From Balanoglossus misakiensis (Eukaryota > Animalia > Hemichordata), in the NCBI GenBank assembly GCA_040954595.2, contig CM082592.2, positions 1,922,001 to 1,986,000 of the forward strand: a DNA stretch of 64,000 nucleotides, written 5' to 3'. Each line of letters begins with the position of its first letter. Positions within the stretch are counted from its first letter, which is position 1. Position numbers and translations under genes: made by a program. A model generated the notes under the pieces. The model ran no database searches. It was not told where the DNA came from and worked only from the letters and a program-made list of their open reading frames with translations. Shown here in pieces: positions 13,876 through 25,952 of this stretch.

Positions 13876-14154
13876 AGGGTGGACCAAACTGTACTGTCAG
13901 TCCAAGGATGACGGCAAGAGAAGGCGAGGAACTGGAGTTCGCGTGCGTCATAGACAAGGCTGTACCCCCAGGCGAGCTAGTGTGGGTGATGGACAAACAA
14001 GTCGTGTCTCGGGAAAATGAATCATTGGTGAATATATGGACGCACACATTCTATCGGCAGGACAACGGCGCCGTGTTGAACTGCAGTTTACAGCATCACA
14101 CACTACGACCACCTCCGCCGTCATGTGATGAAGATATCATCATTGAAGTCCAAT
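13876..14154 (+). CDS. Ig exon 2 (C2/CD80-like)
   Basis: ELEFAC..PPGELVW..DNGAVLNC..IEVQ, T|gtaagt donor; acceptor position uncertain (13870 or 13876). Confidence 0.85.
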
Positions 14155-14437
14155 GTAAGTTCATGATGCTGTGTGCGAGGAGTTCACAAAGAAAAATTCA
14201 TTCCCTTTTTTGTAGTTTTCACCTGTGTTCTTATCGCAAAATAGAGACATTTCCATGTACATGTAATTTGACAAACCACAATACATAAATTTGACGTAAA
14301 ATCGCCTTTATATTTAAAGAAACTCTTCAGTAGTACACATGAGTAAACTTTCATGATTAACTATACACGGTGGTGTGAAAATCCTCCCAGCAGATCCTTG
14401 GAAATACGTAACCCAAACGTTAATGTTAATTCTTCAG

Positions 14438-14719
14438 ATGAGCCCACGGTAACTATATCAAACGTGACAGGCAAGGCGGTAGTAGAGGGAGATAACTACG
14501 CTGCGCTGTGTGAAATAACAGAGGACGGAAATCCATCAGATATCGACAATATGTTCTGGACAGACCCTGACAACACCACGACTCATGAAGACAGCAACAT
14601 CCTAAATCTAGACAACGTCAATCGTTCCGATGCCGGCCAATACACATGCGTCATGTCCAACACTTTCTACGACGGGGAACCTGGGATCGGAAGAGCAACG
14701 GTCTATGTCGACGTGCAAT
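14438..14719 (+). CDS. Ig exon 3
   Basis: cag acceptor; ALC..GNP..FW..SDAGQYTC..VDVQ; gtaagt donor. Confidence 0.9.
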
Positions 14720-14880
14720 GTAAGTGTCTCGGACTTTTGGCCTCTTCTATCACCAGATGGCGTAATGCTTTAATTTTGAATATCTGCAGGTATTACCTAG
14801 TGCGAATAATGCTTTGTGTGTAACCCTGGAAACCAGTTAACCCATATTTGTTTCACACCAACCAACCAACCAACCACCTA

Positions 14881-14918
<38 letters not shown>

Positions 14919-15120
14919 TGGCGAAAATACACACACAGAAACAAGCAAACAAACAAATTAAACTCATAGCCTCGATCAAAACACCTTTAAAACCTCATGG
15001 AGATTTATGTTCGCATACAGAAAAAATAATCACGTGTTGTAACGGGGTTCTTTATTGTGCCCACCCAATGCCACTTTATATCTGACTTTATCATTATTCG
15101 TTTACTGTAATATATAACAG

Positions 15121-15402
15121 ACGCGCCTTTAGTTAGTATTTTCAATGTGACCTCAACGGTAACAGTGGAAGGCAGTTTCCACGCCGCTCAATGTGACATC
15201 GAAGAGACTGGAAATCCACCAGAAATTGACCGGCTTCTATGGGTGGACCCCAACGGGAACTTCATCAACTACAACAGCAGCACCTTGCAGATAGATGGCA
15301 TTGACCGATCACAGGGCGGGCAGTATACATGCGTCATGTCCAACACATATTTCAACGGAGAGTATGGTACAGGCACGGATGTCACACATATCGATGTACA
15401 GT
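15121..15402 (+). CDS. Ig exon 4
   Basis: aacag acceptor; AQC..GNPP..LW..GQYTC..IDVQ; gtaagt donor; close paralogue of exon 3. Confidence 0.9.
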
Positions 15403-15609
15403 GTAAGTGTATACTCTTACAACGATACCTGTTACCAAATAGATATGCCTTGTGTCAATGTAATTAAGAAGATGAAGGTATCCAAAAATGCAGTAGGCGG
15501 CTTTGGAATCGTTTACTTTTTGATGTCCTCTTCAAACGTCCGAAACCATACTTATTCAGTAACAAATACCTTGAAAGGGCAAATGTCACATTCTTTTGCT
15601 GAAATACAG

Positions 15610-15876
15610 ATAGACCGTATGTTGACATTGTGGACATCAGTGGTGCCAAGGTGATAGAATACGACACTTACCAAGCAAACTGCACGGTGGATGCCAACCC
15701 TACAGCGACCACAGTTTGGGAGTTCACAGCTGACGATGTGACTGTTGTCGATACGTATCTATCCATAGTGTCTGCGCAGAAACACCACGCTGGAATCTAC
15801 GCGTGCGAGTCCAACAACACATTCTACGACGGCCAGGTTGGATATGGAAACGATACAATCGACTTAGACGTACAGT
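15610..15876 (+). CDS. Ig exon 5
   Basis: ANC.VDANP..VW..AGIYAC..LDVQ with AG/GT boundaries. Confidence 0.9.
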
Positions 15877-16073
15877 GTAAGTCTAGCTTAATTATTCTCT
15901 TTGGGTCGTGCTATCTTTAAGATATAAACTGTCTGATAAACGCTGTAGTAGTCCACGGCACCATGTATAAATGTTGTTTCTCGGTCTCATAAATCAACGT
16001 CTATGACGGGTCCTTATGCACAGTATTTTCTTTACTTTCATGAAATCTTTGTACACTACACCTTTCTTTTCAG

Positions 16074-16331
16074 TTCCACCCACTGTCTCCACCACAGATA
16101 ACTTTGTGGAGGTCCAAGGCAGGTCGTTTTCGGCAGAATGTACCAGCGACGCCAACCCACCAGCAGACATCGTGTGGTTGGATGAAGATGGCGGCGTTGT
16201 CGGCGATCATGAACTAGCATTTGACGATTTACAAAGAACTGACGCTGGAAACTACACATGCCATGCCAGCAACACTTTTTGGGATTCCTCGACCGGCATA
16301 GGGACTGAAACACGATATCTCGATGTCCAAT
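16074..16331 (+). CDS. Ig exon 6
   Basis: AEC.SDANPP..VW..DAGNYTC..LDVQ with AG/GT boundaries. Confidence 0.9.
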
Positions 16332-16577
16332 GTATGTATACAAGTTGATGGTTAATATGGGCCAGCCGCTTACAGTGGTGGTCAGATGTGTCCCATTGGT
16401 AATGTGATTTGCTCAGTGGTTCCGTAGATCTGTAATGTGTTTACGAACCCAAAGAACGGCATCTATAGTTTATTTCTGCTAGTTTGTAGGTGTTAAATCT
16501 GTATTGATAATATGTGCAATACAACCACATGTGGAATCACCGTGAACATAAAAGCTACAGAAGTTTATTTCTCACAG

Positions 16578-16835
16578 ATACTCCGGTTATAGCAGATTCA
16601 GAGGAATATTGCATCGAGGGAGAAGATGTGGTGTTAAACTGTGTTTACGACGCAAATCCTGAACCGTACGCTTTCAACTGGACAAAGGATAACGAGGAAG
16701 TGTCCAACGACCAGACGTTTGTCATACCGTCGTGTCAGAGGGAAGACGCGGGACCGTACACCTGTACAGCAGTCAATATATTTCACGATGACACCGAGGG
16801 CGAAGGTCAAGGAACCACTTGGCTCGATATTCAAT
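16578..16835 (+). CDS. Ig exon 7
   Basis: LNC.YDANPEP..NW..DAGPYTC..LDIQ with AG/GT boundaries. Confidence 0.9.
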
Positions 16836-17145
16836 GTGAGATATATCAGATCTAATTATCATTGAGGAGGCTAAAGACCATGCATTAATGTTCAGAAACT
16901 CGGATCGGAGTCACGGTATTGTCTATAAAAGAACAAAGAGCATAATATTGGATTAAATTCTAAACGAAAAACTTCTTAGATGAATTTCGAAAGATTGTCA
17001 AGCTATTGATCTATGAATACACCGGGTGTTATAGCAATGAGCAGGAGTTTGAAAAATGAGACATAGCTGCAATGAAAGGTAAAACAAACCGTGTGCTGAG
17101 GACTTTATCTGGAAACATTGCACTTTATCGCTTTCTTTTCGACAG

Positions 17146-17403
17146 ACCCACCAGTTGTCGAGAGCGGTCTTGAATACTGCATCGAGGGGGAACCTGTTGA
17201 CCTCGTATGCCACGTGGATGCAAATCCTGACCCTCACAGCTTTACCTGGATGAAAGATAACGACGTTGTATCGAGTGAAAAGACCTACACCATTGACAAA
17301 TGCCACCGATCAGACTTTGGACTGTACGCATGCGTTGCTGTCAACGAACTCTACGACGGTAGTGAACACACAGGCAACGGGACAATTGAACTAATCATCC
17401 AAT
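17146..17403 (+). CDS. Ig exon 8
   Basis: LVC.VDANPDP..TW..DFGLYAC..LIIQ; close paralogue of exon 7. Confidence 0.9.
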
Positions 17404-17718
17404 GTAAGCACTGCTGTATTGTTATTCAATTCAAATATGTTGTCTTATTCTCCTTAAATTTCAGACATTGTCTGTTTATTAAATGAACTTGGTCACAAAA
17501 GTCAATTTCATTTGGAACAGTGATATTTTGTGAATTAAAATTCAACACAGAATAGACAATAATTATAGAACGTTAATAATCAAACCAATGCTGGCGTTAA
17601 AATCTGCTGACGCGTTATTATGAATTTCAGACTGAAAAATGCATTATATCCAGCGTTACTTCATCAGTGTGTTTGGGCGAATTTCCGAAATACTTCCTGT
17701 TTTTGTCAATATTCACAG

Positions 17719-17985
17719 ATCCGCCGAGCATTGAAACTATGCCTCTGGTGTTCGCCATGGAAACCGACGACGTCCTATTGAACTGCTCGGTTCTCGACGC
17801 CAATCCGCCTGACGTCAAGTTGGATTGGATTTTGTCGGACGGAACGACGGTTGAAGACACACCCACACTGTACCTTCCAAACGTCAACAGGGAAATGGAC
17901 GGCGTGTACACATGTGTAGGTACCAATGAGCTGTACGACGGAAGTGAGGGAACAGGGAGTAATACCACGGACTTAGATGTACAAC
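17719..17985 (+). CDS. Ig exon 9
   Basis: LNC..DANPP..DW..DGVYTC..LDVQ; gtgagt donor. Confidence 0.9.
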
Positions 17986-18237
17986 GTGAGTAACAGCTGG
18001 ATGCTTTACTGTGTCGTACATGTAATGAAGGCCCTTGTGAGAAGAAGAGAGGTTTTTAATGACAGTTCCGAGCCATTTGACTGGTTTGAATTCGGTTGCC
18101 TTCCTGTCAAATTTCTACTTCTTATCAAATGCTGATTATAATATAATTGCTTCATTATATCTATTTGTGAGCATCTGTAGTGTACATAATACCTTGTATT
18201 TACGAGAGTATTATCTCATTGATTTTCTTGCACACAG

Positions 18238-18552
18238 TTCCTCCGACGATCTTGTTCAAAGATGTCGTTGAAATCGCGGTCGAAATTGGAGCAAACGTCA
18301 CCCTTGAGTGCAAAGCAGATGCCAATCCCACAGCCACACTACTCTGGCGTGATGGCAACAGCGATTTGATCACAGGAGATGAACCGAACCGCCACATAAC
18401 AACTCCAGAGCCGGAAGGAACCATTTCAACCAGCGTTCTCAATATTCCAAACGTATAGGACTCTGACTATGGCGTCTATACATGCGAAGCATCTAACAGC
18501 ATCGGCGAGGATGACTCACATTCTGGAGAGATTACTAGATCAGTACCTGAAG
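18238..18552 (+). CDS. Ig exon 10, containing in-frame TAG at 18456-18458
   Basis: LEC.ADANP..LW..LNIPNV*DSDYGVYTCEASNSIG; the frame continues to a G|gtaagc donor. Confidence 0.85.
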
Positions 18553-19343
18553 GTAAGCAAAGCCCACTGACCCCAATGCAGGTTGTATATACTAATGATT
18601 ATCAATGAAGTTTGTTCAATATGCCTTTTTTGTAGAGAGAAATGTTGGCAATATCAGGTGAAAATGCAAACATTAGACTCCACAATGTTCATCGATCTAA
18701 TTGGTTGCGTAGCCGGATTTTCTTAGAAAAAATGTAGTGTTGCATTTTATGGAAACAAGAAACCAGGTGGACTATTGTTAAGTGTAGAAAAAGATAGGGA
18801 AGGGAGATTTTTAATTTATATAATTATCATAATTGGTATAATAGTAGGCTGGATTGCAACAGTAATTACTCCAGAAGTTAGTGATTTTGTCTTGGAAGAA
18901 TAATTGTTGGGTCTATTTTTCAAATGCAAATTTATAAGAGTGTATTCTTTACTAACAATCACGTGGTCTGGCCATGTGACCCACGGTATTGTCATTTCCA
19001 GGTGACGGGCAAGCAATATTTCGGCACCCAGTACACGTTTTTCCGAGTATGTTTTTACTTTAGAACCGCCAGAAACGTAACATGTATCAGGCATGGTGCC
19101 TCATCAGCCTCATGGAGTTTCGACTGCAAAGTCTTTGTCTTCACCTCGTTGCTGAACTTGCCCGTCATCTGGAAAATTTGAATGCCAACGTAACTGCGCC
19201 TGAGCACATCTGACGTCATTTGATATCGAAGAATATCAAAAATGACATTTTCTGAGACGAAGTTTCGGCATTTTCTTTACTCAGGCTGTCAACCCGTTTG
19301 AAATCATGATCAGTCGGATATGCCAGTCCAATACAGTAATGTA

Positions 19344-19420
<77 letters not shown>
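19344..19420. repeat. (GAT)n microsatellite (intronic)
   Basis: Perfect trinucleotide run. Confidence 0.97.
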
Positions 19421-19421
<1 letters not shown>

Positions 19422-19502
19422 CATGATGATAATTATGATGATGATTGTGCTTTATAGTTGTGATGTGCAATTCTAACCCTACACTATTTTCAATTTTCTA
19501 AG

Positions 19503-19628
19503 AATCGCTACTGGTTGGACTTCTGTTGCTCATCATAGTCCTGATAATAATACTCCTTGTTATCGCCATCATGTTACTTATCCTCGTTTTACGGAACAGA
19601 AAGAAAAGCAAAGGAAAAGACACTGTAG
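19503..19628 (+). CDS. Transmembrane exon of the Ig receptor
   Basis: ESLLVGLLLLIIVLIIILLVIAIMLLILVL followed by basic stop-transfer RNRKKSK; G|gtgagt donor. Confidence 0.88.
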
Positions 19629-20038
19629 GTGAGTGAGTTATGACGAATACCCTTGAAAAGGAAACCCGTTGTATTCAAATGAATACCCTTTGAAATAGTG
19701 GATTCATTGTCGCATATTTTTCTGTTACTAACTCATAACATTATAATGTTTTGCTTATATACCTTTCCTATTTTTTTCACATGGAAATATGTGTTTACAG
19801 ACAGAACATTGGAATATGACGTTTATGTAGGAACTTTGTAAATTTTACTATATGAGCAAATCTGTTGTTGTACGCCACAATCTTGTTTACAATCACGTGG
19901 TTTGAATAGTTTGTGGGTACTGACTGTATATGTTTTATATCTATATCTTTAATTGCTATGATATGATTGCCTAACGAGAACAACTGTTTTAAGGAATGTT
20001 ATTTTCTTTCTATTCTGCTTATTACACTATATTTACAG

Positions 20039-22038
20039 ACACAGTAGATTCGAGGTAGGTTTTATTTTGTCTGACAAATACCGCAAGCAATATACGGATA
20101 TATCAACAGCTGCATTAATTGTAAATGTTCTAAATGTACCAGGAATTTGCAACCGTTTGTTGTCTGTGGGTTTATCTTAATACGATAAATGATCTCGTTC
20201 GGGTATATTTGATTTTAGCCGTTGTAATACTCGCTTTAACGTGAAATCGATTAAGATTGGTATAAACATGGTAAAAGTTAGTACAGGAAACAAAATTTAA
20301 CTCAGGCGATCCCATTGTTTTTAAGTGGAGTAATTTAAGCCTGACCCTCTCAGGACTAGATGTCACGTGCCTTTCATCACAATTGACAGTTTTCTGGTCT
20401 TATTGGACATAGGAAATGTGGTTGTGTTTTATATCTCAAATGTCACTGGTATGTGTCAATAGTATTGTATATCTCTCCTTGGATATTAATGTTTTTATAA
20501 TTTTCTGTATCTAGGGATTCACCCGAAGCACATCCCGCAATAAAGAATAACACGAAGCCCTACGGTAGGTCAAGTGAAATGATAATAACAGGAACTAGTA
20601 ATCGTGTAAGTTGGTCCTGGCGCTTTTTTTCCCATGATTCAAATTACAGTAAACGCCATATTGGAAATTCTGCCAACTTTCTGTCGTTTTTGCAAAAAAT
20701 TGCGCGACTTATACATGGCGAACATGTTTTTTTTTTCTGAAATAGTGGCTTCAAAGCTACCAAATTATGTAGAAATCAGCTGGACCGGATTTCCCCTTAA
20801 ATACAAGCAAAAATTAATCGTTATAACTTTGTAGTTGCCGTTTCGTTGTTGGACTTAAATAATAATGTTTTCTCGTCAAATCCCAAACAGACAACACCAC
20901 GCTATATCCCTTGTCCACCAAAAGGGCATTTCCTAAGCAGGTAAGTGTGTAAACTAGGTTTATGTGTTTCTACAATTTTGAAGGCAGAAGTAACTGCACG
21001 CGAGAATTATATCATACATACTACAGCAATGCTTGCTTTTTCTATTCCCAGGAGAAATTCTCTGCGTATTATGCAGCACAAAGGTCAAAAGGTAACTTCG
21101 AGATTTCACATCTTCAGTGATTCATAAGTGACGTTAATCTTAGGTTGTATTTCAAGGTCAGTGTGAATTATTCTTATGGCGTCACAATGTCGTAGTGTGT
21201 TTGCGTCCAAGAGATGGAGGAGAATGAGCTGAGGGGAACCAGAGAGAGGGGGAGACAGGCAGACAGAATTAACCGCACACAGGTTTGAAGTTGCCATGTT
21301 ATTTCAATTTAGAAAAGGGTTTTCAGCTACTTTGTGCATGAGAACAGGTCTAATAGTTTATGACACTTTTCATGTCTCCTTGCAGAGGCAGAAAATAAGA
21401 AACAGGCAGAAAGTAAGAAAAAGGAAAACAAAAATGTTACTTTCAGTGAAAATACAACGGTCTACGTTTTGTATGAGGAGCTCAAGAAATCTTCTGGTTA
21501 TGAACTGGTAAGTGGCGCAATTCGTTGTTGTAATCATTAAATGATTTTAGATTCCATTCCCATAGCTTGTATTACATTTTTTCTATATTTTAACACGTCA
21601 GTCACACACGCGCGCGCCTACGCACACACACACCCATACCAACAGACAGACAGATAGACAGACAGACGCTCAGACAGACAGACGTACATGCATAGTTAGC
21701 TGGATATGTTTAGCAATCAAATTTGTGAATACATGCACAGGAATTAACCTTGTTTCATGTCCAATCTAAATGTAGGAGTCTGCGAACATGAATACGGAAG
21801 GCACTGGAGTTCAATCGGGTAAGTGCATTTTGTATTAATTTTAACATTGTTTAGGATATATTGTGTGTTTTCCACCATTATATACAGTTTAGTGGTAAGT
21901 TTACTGACGTTTCATTTTTCGATTGTGTAATTCCAGGAAATCAAACCATTGAATGATTTACCACCCCCAAAGCACACATGGGTACAACAGGCACATGGTC
22001 CAGGGCCGATCGACAGGAGAACCGCCACAATGAAATAA
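20039..22038 (+). CDS. Cytoplasmic-tail micro-exons (20039-20054, 20515-20564, 20891-20940, 21052-21091, 21386-21507, 21776-21818, 21937-stop at 21956 or 22038)
   Basis: Each has a pyrimidine tract/AG and a GT donor. Phases chain 1-2-1-0-1-0 to give DTVDSRDSPEAHPAIKNNTKPYDNTTLYPLSTKRAFPKQEKFSAYYAAQRSKEAENKK..VYVLYEELKKSSGYEL. The frame of the last two exons is ambiguous. Confidence 0.65.
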
Positions 22039-24033
22039 CATTCCACTAAATAAAATATCACACTCCGTATATACAAGCTCTCCATTCATTAAATAAGTCT
22101 TCGATAGTTTTAGTGTCGCCTGATGAAATTATGCCCACGTCACGACTCTGGGGACCAGTGCTAATAAATTCGACATTGTAGCTGAGATAGCGTTGGTGGG
22201 CATGGTCAACATATCCGATACCATAGTGGGCAATGAGGGTAGAAATAACCAAGTTAATCGCGATTTCGTTCAATTTAGGCCTACTACGATAACTATATAC
22301 ATTGTATGTACTGTGAATTTAGAACAGTTAAAACGGTTTCCCTTGGTTACAGGATGTTTGCTTTCATGTGACCGACGCCCTCTCAAAAAGATAAGGTTCT
22401 CTTGTAACGGACTTTGATAGTATTGATTAAAATGTCGGATTGGTGGGAAATGGAAAAATCCATATATTGAGTATTCTCTTACTTAATTCGGTCTATAACC
22501 TTGTCTTATAGCATTAATCACGATATAAATACATGCAATTCGATGCAAGTCGCACAGTTTTATTGTATAGAGTTGTGAGGTGGGACGGTAAGGAAGAGCC
22601 GGCCACCATAGCGTGTCTATACCATGGGCTTCGTAGATGCCCTATCCTGATATCAGCGAAGAGCACTGTACCCGATTTGCACGCACGGGGGACTTTTGGT
22701 GATAACACCAAACTCTGCATGAACTTTACACCAATGAAAAAAGATCGCCATTTCCAAGAGAGTACATGGCACGGCCGGAGATTATTACGTTGTTCACTGC
22801 CATGGGGAAAATAGTCAATTTGGATATAAAAAAAGGCACAGACTTGGCACTGTTAAAGCGCGTAGCTCATCTCACAGGCATATTCCAGCTGTAGCCGCTG
22901 GTTACAGGCGTTTAGTGAACAGTCAATCCCATGAGGCTGCTCTGTCGTAACGACAGAGAAGATGGCGGCGCCCATAATCTGTGTCGGAGATCGTGAAAAG
23001 ACACCAGCTTGGGTGAAAAGGAGGGACAAAACCAGAATCTATACTTATACGGTGCGCATGAAAAATGGAAGGAAGCGAAGGCAGTCCACTATTTGAATGC
23101 ATCGAACGGAAAATTGGCTGGGAAGTTACGCGCATGCGCGTGAGACAAGACACACAACACAGACAATCCCCCAAATTTAAATCCCCGGGGACACAACAGA
23201 GGTACAGGTACAAGATGCTGACTTATTTGTACAAAATCGATGCAAACGTTAATTACATGATAAAATTCCACCTTGGGGATTCTGATACATTTCAACGAAA
23301 CACCTTTCCAACGTTAATCAGAATAAAACATTTAAAGTGACATTCCATTGATTATACCTTAATGACGTCATGAGAAATCTATTGACTTTTCCATAGCAAC
23401 AATATCTCCACCCCCGCCTGCCTTGTAACATGCGATAGGTTATATCTTTGGTATTTATTTATTCATTGCTTATTTATCTTTCTCGTAACACTTGATTGAT
23501 CGACATACATTGTAAGTTGTACACCTTGCTGTATCTGTACATTCCAGCCATATTTTTCACTACAGGTTGTAAATTTAAATTTATCAAAACAGTCTTCTGG
23601 TGTTTTTGTGAGCCGAATGAGAAGCTGACTACGCATGCGCCACGATGTTTTTTGAAATGTTATCACATACATTAGAATCATATTCATTCACTCGTTTGTG
23701 AAATGTAAAAGGCCATGCATTCCGAATGCCTTTTCACTATCTGACATTTTGTTTAATATCTCTCCTAGAATCACCCCCCCCCCAAAAAAAAAATCTCTTT
23801 AGACTTAAATGATGAAAACATACTGGTCTGAATGCTGCACATGCGCGATGAACGGCAGTGTGGCGTTTGGATTAACACTGAATAATTTACTAACATAATT
23901 TTGACCCGTAGCGATTACAGTCCACACCACGTGGAAGTAGGGTATATGATAAAAAGGGCACAACACCCTGGTTTTTATAAAGGGTCAAAGTCCTGAAATA
24001 TTGTCCTTGTTCACATTCGTTACTATGATTAGG

Positions 24034-24064
24034 TAGTAGTAGTAGAAGTAGTAGTTGTTGATGA

Positions 24065-24107
<43 letters not shown>
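24034..24107. repeat. (GTA)n/(GTT)n microsatellite
   Basis: Directly visible; length variant in the duplicate at ~32485-32567. Confidence 0.95.
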
Positions 24108-24109
<2 letters not shown>

Positions 24110-25509
24110 CAATTAATTACAAAACAGCTGCAGCATGAATCGCTATGAAATTGATGAGTCATATGCCCATGGCTGTTAGTATAAATAATTGAAACAAAAT
24201 GTCGAATCGTTAAATTTATTGTGGTACTAAATGGATTTGCATGACATGCCAATTTTGTAAATGTTCATGATGGAACTCGTATGTGTTCTTGGTCAAATTC
24301 GCGACGCACAATTCTCTGGAGGGTTTTTTTTTACACAGAAGAAATGAACAACACCACGTGTAGAGGGCGCCATGTGTTGGAGAAGCAGTGACTAGTGCGT
24401 TCTAGTCAGTTGTTGCCGTGTTACCGCATGGGGTGTAATCTCAAGCCAGATTCTGAATAACGCATGGTTTTCGATTGGCGGTACGTAGCTTTGGTAAACG
24501 ATGGTTAATAGCAGAAATGCTGCGTTGTTATGACAACAGACCAGTACAAGGAATAACCCGGAACTGTTTTCTGTTTAATCTAGGTGGGAATAATATGGCA
24601 GACATTTCACATAATACCCATCGTTTTATTTCATTGTCACTAGTTTTTGTTATGTTCCATTTCCTAAAACAACATCATTGCGTGTGAAGTTGTAAGAGGA
24701 AATTGCTAATTATACATTGGATTGTGAAAGTGTTAAACCAAAACGTGCAAGGAGACGCCATTACAAGTGCCTCATCTCACTAGCCATTATAATTAACCAT
24801 ACGAATATCAGGATGGTAATCCTTGCAATAGTAGTGGTCGCGTTCGTCACATCGTTGGAAAGAGCAGTATTGAACCGGGCTTGAAAATGTCACTTTTCGG
24901 CCTGTTGGACCACAGTACAAACCGTTGGCAAGGCGGTCCGGACACTTTAATATTAAAAATACAACGCCATATTAAGGTATAGGATGCTATGCAGGAATTG
25001 AGATCTCTTTATTAATAATGGAACTCAATACGTATTGACTTGTATTTTATAACGCTATTATTCGTCACGTAAACCTACCATGTTTAAAAAAATACAACTT
25101 ACGTTTTAGGGGAGTTTTTAAGCATACTAAACGTTAATTGGATTTCTCAAGCAATTTAACAGCTTATATCATGTCGATTCATGCAAACTACACTGTTGTT
25201 CACTTCTTGAAGACAGAGAGGGATGTTAAAGATACGACATACAAAAATCGTTTACTTACATCAACTGAACTACATATGACATGTAAGATATCGTCCTCAT
25301 AAAATTCTAATGTACATTCTAAACACTCCTCGCTCCTTTCTTCTTCTAACAAGTGTCCCTGAAATGAAAAATGTAACTCCTTATAGCATTATTTTTAAGT
25401 TCATGTTATTTTCGATAAACGATAACAACATTCAGTTACTAGACAGAGTCAAATGATATCCACACACTCTGATCGAGGTGACCAACAAGCACTCAGCGAC
25501 GGACGTACA

Positions 25510-25534
25510 TACAGACAAGACAGACAGGCAGAGT

Positions 25535-25594
<60 letters not shown>

Positions 25595-25730
25595 GGCAGG
25601 CAGGCAGAGTGACAGACAGACAGACAGGCAGAGTGACAGACAGACAGGCGGACATGCAGGCAGGCAGAGTGACAGAAAGACAGACAGACAGGCAGAGTGA
25701 CAGACAGACAAACAGACAGACAGGCAGAGT

Positions 25731-25770
<40 letters not shown>

Positions 25771-25952
25771 GGCAGGCAGGCAGGCAGAGTGACAGACAGA
25801 CAGACAGGCAGAGTGACAGACAGACAGGCGGACATGCAGGCAGGCAGAGTGACAGAAAGACAGACAGACAGGCAGAGTGACAGACAGACAAACAGACAGA
25901 CAGGCAGAGTGACAGACAGACAGACAGACAGACAGAGGGACAGACAGACAGA
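25510..25952. repeat. (GACA)n/(GGCA)n compound microsatellite with a 180-bp higher-order duplication
   Basis: Blocks starting at 25621 and 25801 are nearly identical; a shorter version lies in the duplicate at ~33950-34146. Confidence 0.95.

Larger units (their letters stand above)
13069..22038 (+). pseudogene. Multi-exon nephrin/Kirrel-like 10-Ig-domain type I transmembrane receptor with a premature stop (pseudogene or null allele)
   Basis: Signal exon, ten phase-1 Ig exons with C...W...YxC cores, a TM exon and 7 small cytoplasmic exons with AG/GT boundaries. In-frame TAG at 18456-18458 inside Ig10. Confidence 0.8.
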
